From Candidatus Latescibacterota bacterium (GTDB lineage: Bacteria > Latescibacterota > UBA2968 > UBA8231): a stretch of 64,000 nt of DNA. Shown in pieces: positions 54,230 through 62,967 of this stretch. The notes under the pieces are model-generated. The model ran no database searches. It was not told where the DNA came from and was given only the letters and a program-made list of their open reading frames with translations. Positions within the stretch are counted from its first letter, which is position 1, and every line of letters starts with the position of its first letter. The stretch is taken from the NCBI GenBank assembly GCA_965223905.1, contig CBDCXV010000011.1:1888001-1952000 (forward strand), written 5' to 3'. The translations under genes were made by a program, and so were the position numbers.

Positions 54230-56755
54230 TCAATACGCTACGTGGACCACGCGGTGCGCCTTGCGGCCCGACACGTCCGCGTCCGCATCCACCTCGATCT
54301 CCAGCAGGTAGGTCCCGGGAGGCACCAGCCGGCCGCTCTGGTCGTTGCCGGACCAGCGGACCGTGTAGGATCCGCTCACGAGGGGACGCCGCTCCTCCCA
54401 CTCCCGCACCAGGCCGCCGCCCAGATCGTAGAGGCGGGTCTTCACCGCGCGCTGCCCGCCGAGTCGGAGCACCGAGAACTCGAACCGCGTTTCGTCGTTG
54501 ATGCCATCCCTGTTCGGGGTCAGGACCGGAGCACTGATCGTCAACGGGCCCATCACCCGCCCGTCTTCCAACGGCCCTCGCAACAGCATCCCCTGACTCG
54601 AGGCCAGGGCAGTCGCGTCGCCGGGATCCACCCGTTGCCATCGATTGGCCTCGGACGAATTTCCCAGTTCCGCCTGCAGGACAGCTCCGGGGCGGAACAA
54701 GGTCGTCGTGAACCGCACTTCGATCAGGTCGACCTCGGAGCCCACCACCGAATCCAGGCGCACCCACAGCGAGTCCGATCCGGCCGGGACCAGCTCCAGA
54801 TCGGATGGTCCCAGTTCGGCCACCGGGCCGGCCTCCCACTGCGACTCCCGGCCCATGCGGAGGAGCTTGAAACCCAGGTCCACCCCGGGGGCGTATAGGC
54901 GAATCTGGTCCATTCCCGGGCCGCTCCGCAGGAACTGGGCCTTGACGAACAGGGACAGGGTGTCGATGGCACCCAACTCGGATACCGTGGCCGGCTCGAG
55001 CTCGGCCCGGACCTGCCGGGCCAGGGGATCGAGGAAGTTCAGTCGAATCGACTGCAGGGAGGCCGCCTGGTGCGGATCATCAGTCGTCAGCCAGGCCTGG
55101 AGCATGAGGTACTCCCGTGGGCTCGGCGACGTGATGGGGGCCCCGGAGACTTCGTATTCTTCACTCCAGTAGCTCCAGTCACCCCCAGCCACCTGCTCGG
55201 TCACGATCTCGATTTCCTTCTTTGCGAATTTGTTCAGCTTGTTGTACTGCTCCTCCGTTATCTCGCTGCCGTCCTGCTCGAAGTAGCGGAGGACATCGGC
55301 GAGCTGGTTGCCGGTCCGACTGCGCAGCGCAATGGAGGTCCCGGGGGGCGTGTCCGCTTCCCACTCGATCGAGTCCAACGTCCGGGCGCCGCCCAGCGTG
55401 ATCAGGGGGGACGTGAGTGAAACGCGAGGCTGGTATCCCTCACCGTAGAATTGCATCTCCCGCGTGTCCGCCTGGCCTGCCGCCATGCCGCCGGAATAGG
55501 GAACGCTGATGTAGCGGGCGACCGTGGGTTCGAACACCTTGGCGTGGTAATCCATGCCGTCCCGACCCCCGAGTGCCTGGCTGGTCCAGGCCAGTGTTCC
55601 CTCGGGTGTCAGGCTCCCGTCCGAGGTCCTGATTTCGTACTCGGTGATGGGTCCCTGAAAGCCCTTGTTCTGGAAGAACATCTGCACTCGATCCACCCAG
55701 AAAAAGGCGCCCAGGTCGAAGAAGAAGAAGCGCAGGGCGGGCGTGCGCACAGTGGTCACGACCGTCGTTTCATACAGGCCGTCCACCAGGCCGGTGACTG
55801 CGGTGGTATCAGTCTCGATCTTCTGCGCCACCCCCCGGCGGGCCGTCAACCCCAAGGCGATGTTCTCGCCTATCGTCCGCACTTCCATCTCGGCCAGACG
55901 AGGACGCTCGCGGCGGAAGTACCGGACCTCCCCGCGCAATCGGGCGTCGATCGCCTCGTAGACCTCCTGCTCGACCCGGATGCTCCCATCGGCCACCTTC
56001 TTGTAGTAGTCCACCGTCCCCCGGCGGGCCGGCTCCAGGGCGTCGTAGACTTCGCGGGATACTTCGGCGCCTCGCACCGAGTCGCTTTCCGTCACCACGA
56101 GCTGGACGTACCGGATCTCGTCCCCCCGCCACTCGGGATCGCGGGCGTCTCCCGAAGGTTTCAGCTCGATATCGAAGACACGTCGGCTCTTGTTCGCGTC
56201 CGGGGTCGCGTAGGCGACGACGAAGCTCTTGACGTCCCGCAGGCCTTGCTCGGGACGCTCGCCGTCCGAGGTCAGAAGGGTATACTGGAGAAAGGGATCT
56301 CCGAGATCCTCGTCCACGAAGGTCAGGAGGATGCGGGTCGCGGACACGACCCGCCCCAGATCCAACTCGAACCACCAGTCGCGCAGTGGTTGGTCCGGGT
56401 CGGGCTGCCAGTACGAGGTCAGGTCCCCGTCAAAGAGGTTGGCTACCCCGGCCGCGTTGGTGCCGGCACTCACCGCGTGCATGAAGTCGACGTCTTCGGC
56501 ATCGACTCCTCCGGGCGGGTTCCGTCTCAGGTGCTCGACGACGTCCCGGGTCGCGTCGGAATCCTTGGCCACAAAGTTCGGTCTGGCCGTGTGCGCCGGG
56601 GCGGCGAACTCCACCGTGCCGGCCGCAAAGTCCCAGGTTTTCAGGTGGCGGCCCAGTACCACGATCTGGTTGCCGCTGATGGCGTACCCCTGGCCCCAGA
56701 CCGCACTGCCACACAAGACCCAGAGCGCCAGCGCCGACCTGATCCTGCGGTTCAT
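54230..56755 (-). CDS. Secreted protein with two discoidin-like domains and C-terminal FlgD-Ig/CHU_C-like domain
   Basis: Signal peptide, LFDGDLTSYW..WWFELDLGR, FFDLGAFFWVDRV, LTPNRDGIND...LYDLGGGLVR..WSGND.SGRLVPPGTY...HVAY. Confidence 0.75.
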   Translation of the reverse strand: MNRRIRSALALWVLCGSAVWGQGYAISGNQIVVLGRHLKTWDFAAGTVEFAAPAHTARPNFVAKDSDATRDVVEHLRRNPPGGVDAEDVDFMHAVSAGTNAAGVANLFDGDLTSYWQPDPDQPLRDWWFELDLGRVVSATRILLTFVDEDLGDPFLQYTLLTSDGERPEQGLRDVKSFVVAYATPDANKSRRVFDIELKPSGDARDPEWRGDEIRYVQLVVTESDSVRGAEVSREVYDALEPARRGTVDYYKKVADGSIRVEQEVYEAIDARLRGEVRYFRRERPRLAEMEVRTIGENIALGLTARRGVAQKIETDTTAVTGLVDGLYETTVVTTVRTPALRFFFFDLGAFFWVDRVQMFFQNKGFQGPITEYEIRTSDGSLTPEGTLAWTSQALGGRDGMDYHAKVFEPTVARYISVPYSGGMAAGQADTREMQFYGEGYQPRVSLTSPLITLGGARTLDSIEWEADTPPGTSIALRSRTGNQLADVLRYFEQDGSEITEEQYNKLNKFAKKEIEIVTEQVAGGDWSYWSEEYEVSGAPITSPSPREYLMLQAWLTTDDPHQAASLQSIRLNFLDPLARQVRAELEPATVSELGAIDTLSLFVKAQFLRSGPGMDQIRLYAPGVDLGFKLLRMGRESQWEAGPVAELGPSDLELVPAGSDSLWVRLDSVVGSEVDLIEVRFTTTLFRPGAVLQAELGNSSEANRWQRVDPGDATALASSQGMLLRGPLEDGRVMGPLTISAPVLTPNRDGINDETRFEFSVLRLGGQRAVKTRLYDLGGGLVREWEERRPLVSGSYTVRWSGNDQSGRLVPPGTYLLEIEVDADADVSGRKAHRVVHVAY

Positions 56756-56765
56756 GCTGCGCGCC

Positions 56766-58733
56766 TCAGTACGCCACCGCGATCAGGCGGGTGCCGCTGT
56801 CGCGGCCCCCTTCGCGATCGACCGCGACCCGGCACACGTAGAGCCCCGGCGGCACCAGCCGGCCGCCGCTGTCCCGCCCGTCCCAGGGCTGGATGTACTG
56901 ACCCGAGCGGTCCAGGCCCACGTATACCTCCCGCACCAGCCGGCCCGACAGATCCCACACCCCCACCTCCACCCGCCGGTCCTCGGTCAGCTTCAGCAGG
57001 TCGTACTGGATAGCCACCGCGTCGTTGATTCCGTCCCCGTTGGGCGTAAACGCAGCCGGCTCGACCTGCAGCCCCCCTACAATCGACGCTTCCAGCGACA
57101 GCGTCTCCACCGACAGACGGTTGCCGTCCAGCGAATTGGTCGCATCGCCGCCCCGCACCGGTTGCCAGACCTCCGCCGGCGCCTGGCTGTCGAAAATGCG
57201 ACCCTGGAAGGTCGCCGCATACCGATACACCTCGCCCCGCAGCCGAACCTGCAGCAACTCACCGCTCTGGTTCACCTCCAGCCGCGGAAAGCTCACCACC
57301 ACCCGGTCCTCGGTGCGCAGGCTGTCCGCCTCGGTGAAGACCACCGCCGCTCCCGCCACCTCGACCCCGACCACCTCCGCCACCCGGCCCCCCTGAAAGC
57401 GCAACTCCAGGCTGTCGAAACCCCGATCCCGCAGCGACAAGGTGGGCCGCACCGCGTAGGTGAACTCGGTAAGCTCAGAAGCCTCGGCCTGCCACGGATC
57501 CACCTCCCCCACCAGATCCGTCGCCGCCGGCGGCGACGATACCGCGAATTCCAGGTAATTCACCTGCCCCCCGTCCAGAAAATCACTGGCGAAGTCAATC
57601 GAAAACTGCACGTAGTGGCGCGGCCGCGGCGCCACCATCGGCACCCCCAGACTGTCGCCGAACGAATACGGCGCCGACCACAGGTCCCAGTTTGCCGCGT
57701 CGTGCGTGATGCGGCCTTTCTCTTTTTGCTTCAGCTTGTCATACTGCGCCCGGGTCAGGGGCGATCCGTCCGGCCCATAGGGCACCTCTTCGTCGGCCCG
57801 GAAGGTCCGCCGCCAGTACCGGGACGGATCCGGATCGTCGCCGCCACGGCTGCGGATCGATACCCGGGCCGACTCGTCTTGCCGGCCCGACCAGCGCACC
57901 CAGCCCAGACTGGAGGGGGCGCCCAGCGGAATGGTGTTCGAGGTATAGCCGGCGAACGGTACATATCCCTCGGCGAACACCTCCATCTCCGCAATCTCCC
58001 ACGCCTCCCGCTGAAACGGGTCCACCCACAGCGCCAGCTGTCGCACCGGCGTCCGGTCCAGGGGGATCTCCACCACCGGGCTCTTGTTCTGCGTTATCTC
58101 CGCCACCAGATCGAAGTCGAACGGCGTTTCGCGGACGAGCTTTCTGTGGAATTCCAGGTGAGACCGGTTCGGCGTTCCCCCGTGAGGTTCGCCACTGCCG
58201 GTGGCGATGGCGATGTGCTCGATGTAGTGCGGCGAGCCGGGACGCGGCGACACCCGCACCCGGTTCACCGGGAACAGGCCGCCCAGATCGAAGTACAGGG
58301 TGAAGCCGGTGGTACCGGCAGTAGGACTGTAATCCGACACCGACGCAATGTGCTCCAGGACGAAGGTGGTGAAGTCCCCATCCGCGACCACGTCCAGGGC
58401 CGGATCGTGGCCATAGCCCGTGTAACGCTCGGTCCTCAGGAAGCCGCCCCGCTCCCCCGCCGTGCCCAGGATGTTCTCGTCGTTGCCGTGGTAGAAAGGA
58501 GCCAGCGCTCCATCCAGGTTCACGTTGTCGAAGTCGCCGGCCCGGGCGGGATCCACGTCGGTCCAGCTCAACTGCTCGAACTCGGCGCTGCCGTCCGCTA
58601 CCTCGGGCGGCAGGGGGAGGCTCGCGTAGTCCTCGCCGCCCAGCCGATAGATCGTCAGCGCGTCTGCGGGGCGCAACATCCCCGCGCTCGCCGCCAGGCA
58701 CAAGAGCAGGCCTGCCAATCGCGCTCTTGTCAA
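56766..58733 (-). CDS. Secreted protein with discoidin-like domain and C-terminal FlgD-Ig/CHU_C-like domain
   Basis: Signal peptide then IYRLGG, YFDLGGLFPVNRVRVSPR, WEIAEMEVFAEGYVP, FTPNGDGIND...WDLSGRLVR..WDGRD.GGRLVPPGLY...AVAY. Confidence 0.75.
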   Translation of the reverse strand: MTRARLAGLLLCLAASAGMLRPADALTIYRLGGEDYASLPLPPEVADGSAEFEQLSWTDVDPARAGDFDNVNLDGALAPFYHGNDENILGTAGERGGFLRTERYTGYGHDPALDVVADGDFTTFVLEHIASVSDYSPTAGTTGFTLYFDLGGLFPVNRVRVSPRPGSPHYIEHIAIATGSGEPHGGTPNRSHLEFHRKLVRETPFDFDLVAEITQNKSPVVEIPLDRTPVRQLALWVDPFQREAWEIAEMEVFAEGYVPFAGYTSNTIPLGAPSSLGWVRWSGRQDESARVSIRSRGGDDPDPSRYWRRTFRADEEVPYGPDGSPLTRAQYDKLKQKEKGRITHDAANWDLWSAPYSFGDSLGVPMVAPRPRHYVQFSIDFASDFLDGGQVNYLEFAVSSPPAATDLVGEVDPWQAEASELTEFTYAVRPTLSLRDRGFDSLELRFQGGRVAEVVGVEVAGAAVVFTEADSLRTEDRVVVSFPRLEVNQSGELLQVRLRGEVYRYAATFQGRIFDSQAPAEVWQPVRGGDATNSLDGNRLSVETLSLEASIVGGLQVEPAAFTPNGDGINDAVAIQYDLLKLTEDRRVEVGVWDLSGRLVREVYVGLDRSGQYIQPWDGRDSGGRLVPPGLYVCRVAVDREGGRDSGTRLIAVAY

Positions 58734-58791
58734 GTTGTCACCCTCTTGTCGTGTGTGGGCCCAACCCGCTCTGCACCGTGGGGCTTATTCT

Positions 58792-58833
58792 CAGGGAAGG
58801 GGGGGCTGTGAGACCACATCCCCCCCTTCCCTG
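58792..58833. terminator. Long hairpin after first gene of the minus-strand cluster (attenuator/stabiliser)
   Basis: CAGGGAAGGGGGGG-C-TGTG-AGAC-CACA-T-CCCCCCCTTCCCTG, ~18-bp stem with no clear T-tract. Confidence 0.55.
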
Positions 58834-58899
58834 TGTCTTATGGAGCTTGAGGCGCTAGCGCCGAACCTGCTCGCCGCCAGCTACTGCGTGAGAACGTCC

Positions 58900-59826
58900 T
58901 TACTGCGTGAACGCGGCCTTGACGCGGCCCCAGCTCTCGGCTTCGACCGCCGTAGAACCGTCCTCCGGCGGAGCCAGCAGGAAGTCGGTGGCTACCGACG
59001 AGGTCTGCCATATGGTTGCCTGGCCATTCAGGAGCCAATCTTCGCTCGTGTTATCATCCAGGTTGTCATAGTCGGAGATCTGCCAGTTCATACCGATGAT
59101 CTCACCTTCTACCATGTCGTGCATCGCACTGGCGTCCGGGTCATCCCACTGCAGGTTGTCCCACACCGTGAACATCCACTCTGCCTGGGCGTTGACGTCG
59201 GGGGCGTTGGGCTCGACGGCATCCGACGTATACCCACTGGTGGCCCACGGCAGGTTGCCGGTCCAGGTAGCCTGACTCTGCCAGTACCAGGCCCACGCCG
59301 TCGCCTCCTCGTTCACGTTCTGCGACGTCGGATCCAAATCCGGGATGCGGAAGTGGATATTCTGGGCCCAGCGCGAGCCGTTCTCCGGCTCTGCTGCCGG
59401 GTCGAACCAGGAGTCTTCGCCGCCGTGGTCCCCGTCAACCTGTATCTCGAAGGTGTCGGGCAGGTTGGGTTCGTCACCAAATGTGCCCTCCACCGGTGGG
59501 AGATTAGCGAAGTCCCGCTTGCGGAAGTCGTCGAAATACTCGTGGTGTATATACAGACGGTCGGTGCTTGCGCTGTAACCGACGATGACCTTGCTGTTCA
59601 GATCGGACAGGTCTGTCCACTGCGATCCGTCCGGGGCCGTGTAATACTCCGGCCCGATCCAGTAGTCCGGGGGAACTGCGGCCCACTCGGACAGATCCCC
59701 GTCCAGGGTCGGCTCGGCGCCCGCCGGGAACTGGTAGGCGAGCAGAACCTGGCCCTCCGGAACGTGACCCCAGGCGGAAAAGGCGAGGCCCGCGGTCAGG
59801 CAGAGGGCGAGAAAGGCTTTCTTCAT
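58900..59826 (-). CDS. Secreted acidic DOMON/CBM9-like protein with C-terminal TAVEAESWGRVK motif
   Basis: Signal peptide, PTLDGDLSEW, DTFEIQVDGDHGG, IIGMNWQISDYD, ends TAVEAESWGRVKAAFTQ. GGAGG RBS. Confidence 0.75.
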   Translation of the reverse strand: MKKAFLALCLTAGLAFSAWGHVPEGQVLLAYQFPAGAEPTLDGDLSEWAAVPPDYWIGPEYYTAPDGSQWTDLSDLNSKVIVGYSASTDRLYIHHEYFDDFRKRDFANLPPVEGTFGDEPNLPDTFEIQVDGDHGGEDSWFDPAAEPENGSRWAQNIHFRIPDLDPTSQNVNEEATAWAWYWQSQATWTGNLPWATSGYTSDAVEPNAPDVNAQAEWMFTVWDNLQWDDPDASAMHDMVEGEIIGMNWQISDYDNLDDNTSEDWLLNGQATIWQTSSVATDFLLAPPEDGSTAVEAESWGRVKAAFTQ

Positions 59827-60017
59827 TTGTGCTTAACCTCCATGATGCTGATTCCCAGATCCCAGGCTCTCGGGGACCGAAGGAATCGGGTTGAGATGCG
59901 GTAACATCGTGAGTTGGTGCGTACCGACTTGATGTGTGCGTGTGTGTTGCCCGCCTCACCTCCTTCCGCGCGATTGACACACGACTCAGGCAAGCTCAAA
60001 GGCTTTGTGGTTGCGAA

Positions 60018-60185
60018 CTAGTGTCCTGTCCCATCAATATCTTGCAATTCTTCCGCCGATCCATCCCGGCTCGCGGCGTTGCCTTCGCTCGCCGTACACC
60101 CTCGGTACGACTCGCTCAGGCGCCTTGCGAGCCGGGTGCCTCGGCGGCCGAATTTTGGCAATCTATTTCCGGGACAGGACACTAG
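60018..60185. mobile_element. 168-bp MITE-like element with terminal inverted repeats and CTAG ends
   Basis: CTAGTGTCCTGTCCC (60018-60032) is the exact reverse complement of GGGACAGGACACTAG (60171-60185). Internal CCCGGCTCGC/GCGAGCCGGG inverted repeat. No transposase. Confidence 0.8.
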
Positions 60186-60250
60186 ACTGCGGTTCAATGT
60201 ATTACGCGGCCCTTGGGGGAATCAAGAATTATCGAAACCGACCACACTCG

Positions 60251-61789
60251 CTAAGGCGCAAGCTGCGCAATACGCGCCTCGATCGCTGCGAGCTGGCGGG
60301 CATCTTCCCGCCAGTGAACCATCGCCGATCGATAGGCCCGCTCGGCCGCATCCGCGTTCCCCAGCTTCTCGCAGGCTTCGCCCAGAGCGAGGTAGGCTCT
60401 CGCGTCGGTTGAATCCAGCCGGAGTGCCGTCTGCAACATCTCGATCGCCTGGTCGTAGTCCCGCCGGCGGAGGTAGCACTGTCCGAGGCTCAGGCGAGGA
60501 TCGACCCAATCCGGTCGGTGGCGGATCGCGGCCCTGTAGGACTGCTCCGCCTCCCCCAGGCGCCCCTGAAGCAGCCCCACGTTGCCCAGGGCGTGGTGCG
60601 CCTTGGCATAGGTCGTGTCCAGCTCCAGCGCCTGCTCAAAAGACCGCCGGGCCTGGTCCAGGCGCCCGCTCTGGACGGCGACGTAGCCGATGGTGAAATG
60701 GGCCCCGCAGGCCTCATGCTGGTCCGGGGTCAGGGCCGTGACCTGGCGGGCCAGCGCCACCGCTTCGTCCAGGTTCTGCTGGTTCAGGTGGGCATGGCTC
60801 AAGCCCGCGAGGGCCCTGACATGCCCAGGCTGGCGCTCCAGGACTGCCCGGTACATGCCGATAGCCTGCTCCCATCGGCCGAGCTCGCCGTAGGAGCGCC
60901 CCGCCGCCAGATAGGAGTCCAGGTCGCCGGCGGCCTGGCTCACCCGTTTCTCCAGGGCTCGCACCTGGGCGGTGCGCCGGTTCAGCTCGGCAAAGCGGTC
61001 GAGCAGTATCCGGGCCTGCTCCACGCGCCCCTGGGCGGAGTGGAGATTAGCCAGGCTGTGGTATGCCTCGGGATAGTCCGGGTCGATCTCACGAGCCCGG
61101 CGCAGCATTCCCTCTGCCTCCTCGTAGCGCTCCTCGTAGGCGTAGAGCACCCCGAGTTCCCGGTGGGCCTCCTTGTTGCCGGGATCGAATCTGACAGCGC
61201 GCGTAAACATCTCCTCGGATTCCGCCAGGCGCCCCTGCAGCCTGAGGAGCCGGCCCAGGGTCCACAGTGCCGCAGCGTCGGCCGAGTCGGCCGCCACGGC
61301 CCGCACCAAGGCCGCCTCAGCCCGGTCGTACGCCCCCTGTTCCTGGTGCAGACCGGCCAGAAGACGGTACGAGGGAGCCGTGCCCGGATCGATGCGCACG
61401 GCCTCTTCCAGCAGGGCGACCGCCTCCCGGTGGCGTCCTGCCTCTCCGTAGGCCACGGCCAGGTTGTGGTAGGCGAGACCGAGGCTGGAATCAAGGCGAA
61501 TGGCGGCCAGATAGGCGGTCTCGGCGGAATCCCTGTGGCCCAGCTTCATGTAGGCCGTGGCCAGATGGCAGTGGGTTTTGGCAGACAGGCAGTCGAGGGC
61601 CACCGCCTGCTGATACGCGGCCAGCGCGTCGCGGTACCGGGCCTGGTGGAAATAGGTGGTCCCGAGAGCGCGTAGCCGGTCACTCTCCGGGTCCGGCGCC
61701 GGCGATTCGGGTGCCTGGCATGCGCCCAGCCAGATCGTCATCAGGACAGCGGCGGTGGGGTGAGCCAGAGCAGCGTACGTCGGATGCAT
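60251..61789 (-). CDS. Tetratricopeptide-repeat lipoprotein
   Basis: Lipobox LGAC and many 34-aa repeats (AY.NLA..Y...G...EA...L..A..IDP). Confidence 0.88.
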   Translation of the reverse strand: MHPTYAALAHPTAAVLMTIWLGACQAPESPAPDPESDRLRALGTTYFHQARYRDALAAYQQAVALDCLSAKTHCHLATAYMKLGHRDSAETAYLAAIRLDSSLGLAYHNLAVAYGEAGRHREAVALLEEAVRIDPGTAPSYRLLAGLHQEQGAYDRAEAALVRAVAADSADAAALWTLGRLLRLQGRLAESEEMFTRAVRFDPGNKEAHRELGVLYAYEERYEEAEGMLRRAREIDPDYPEAYHSLANLHSAQGRVEQARILLDRFAELNRRTAQVRALEKRVSQAAGDLDSYLAAGRSYGELGRWEQAIGMYRAVLERQPGHVRALAGLSHAHLNQQNLDEAVALARQVTALTPDQHEACGAHFTIGYVAVQSGRLDQARRSFEQALELDTTYAKAHHALGNVGLLQGRLGEAEQSYRAAIRHRPDWVDPRLSLGQCYLRRRDYDQAIEMLQTALRLDSTDARAYLALGEACEKLGNADAAERAYRSAMVHWREDARQLAAIEARIAQLAP

Positions 61790-62000
61790 CGCGCAGTCTT
61801 CCGTTGAGTCACGCGGTTGACCGGGGGCGAGGCGGCTGCGGAACCCGCGGACAGAGTGGCGCGCCCGGCGGCGACGCCCGGCGGCGATTTCTAGTAGTAT
61901 AGGTATCAGCGCCCCGCGCGGTGCACTCGGCGGCGGCCCGATGTGTCATGCGGAAAGCGATGACGGCATCCAATGGACGACAAAGGGGGCTTGAAGCGGC

Positions 62001-62909
62001 ATGGCCGCCACGATCGGACTGAGCGGCGGCTCCTTCAGGTGCCTCCTCTTTGACAACGAGGCGAACGCCGACCGCCAGGGGAGCGGCTTAAACCCCCTGT
62101 GCCATCTGAGCCACCCGGACCACAACCTCTTCCGGGACGATGCCGTCGGCCTCAACTTCGAGCACGTCATGAACGGCGCCGCGGCCGACGCCGCCCACTC
62201 GATGTTCACCCCCCGGAAGGACCGCTGCCTCCTCATCTCCCACTCTCCCTGCGAAGCGTCGGTCCGCCACCCGGTCGCCGACTCCTCCTGGGGGATCGAG
62301 AGCGCGATGCGCTATCGCCTCGGGCCGGACTGCGTCGACATGGAGTTCACCGCCCGCCTGACCGACGAAGCATGCGCCCCGCTCGGATACCTCGCCTTCA
62401 TGTGGGCCTCCTACATGAACCGCACCTGCGGCCGGGCGATCCATTTCTACGGGACCTGCGAAGGCGAGGAGGGCTGGCTCCGCTTCGGCGAAGACCTTCC
62501 GGACGGCCGCTTCGAGACCGGCACCATCGCCCACGCCTCGGTCGATCCCCTCCCGTACGAAGACGGGGCCGAGACCCTCAACATCGTCGAAGATCCCCGC
62601 AAACGCTTCCTCCTGCCTTTCTATTACGGTCTGGCGGACGGCGACGGCGACCTGTCGAGCGCGGACGACCGAATGGCCTACGTGATGATGTTCGATCAGG
62701 AGACGCCGATCCGCTTCGCCCTCTGGAACTTCATCCAGGACGCCAGCGGACGGCCGGATCCGCACAGCCCGGCCTGGGACTGGCAGTATGTCATCCGCGC
62801 CCCGGAGATCGGCCGGACCTACCGCTACCGGGCGCGGCTCCTGTACCGGCCGTTCGTCGATCGGGAAGCGGTGCGGCGGGCGTATGAGGAATGGACCGCC
62901 GAACTATAG
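62001..62909 (+). CDS. Conserved hypothetical protein (possibly galactose-mutarotase-like beta-sandwich)
   Basis: High-GC codon pattern. GLNFEH, FMWASYM, PFYYG, PAWDWQYVI motifs. Confidence 0.6.
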   Translation: MAATIGLSGGSFRCLLFDNEANADRQGSGLNPLCHLSHPDHNLFRDDAVGLNFEHVMNGAAADAAHSMFTPRKDRCLLISHSPCEASVRHPVADSSWGIESAMRYRLGPDCVDMEFTARLTDEACAPLGYLAFMWASYMNRTCGRAIHFYGTCEGEEGWLRFGEDLPDGRFETGTIAHASVDPLPYEDGAETLNIVEDPRKRFLLPFYYGLADGDGDLSSADDRMAYVMMFDQETPIRFALWNFIQDASGRPDPHSPAWDWQYVIRAPEIGRTYRYRARLLYRPFVDREAVRRAYEEWTAEL

Positions 62910-62967
62910 CGCGGGTGGCCGCCATGCAGGTCCGCCAGCTCGTCCAGCAGCGGGTCCTTGGCAGGCC

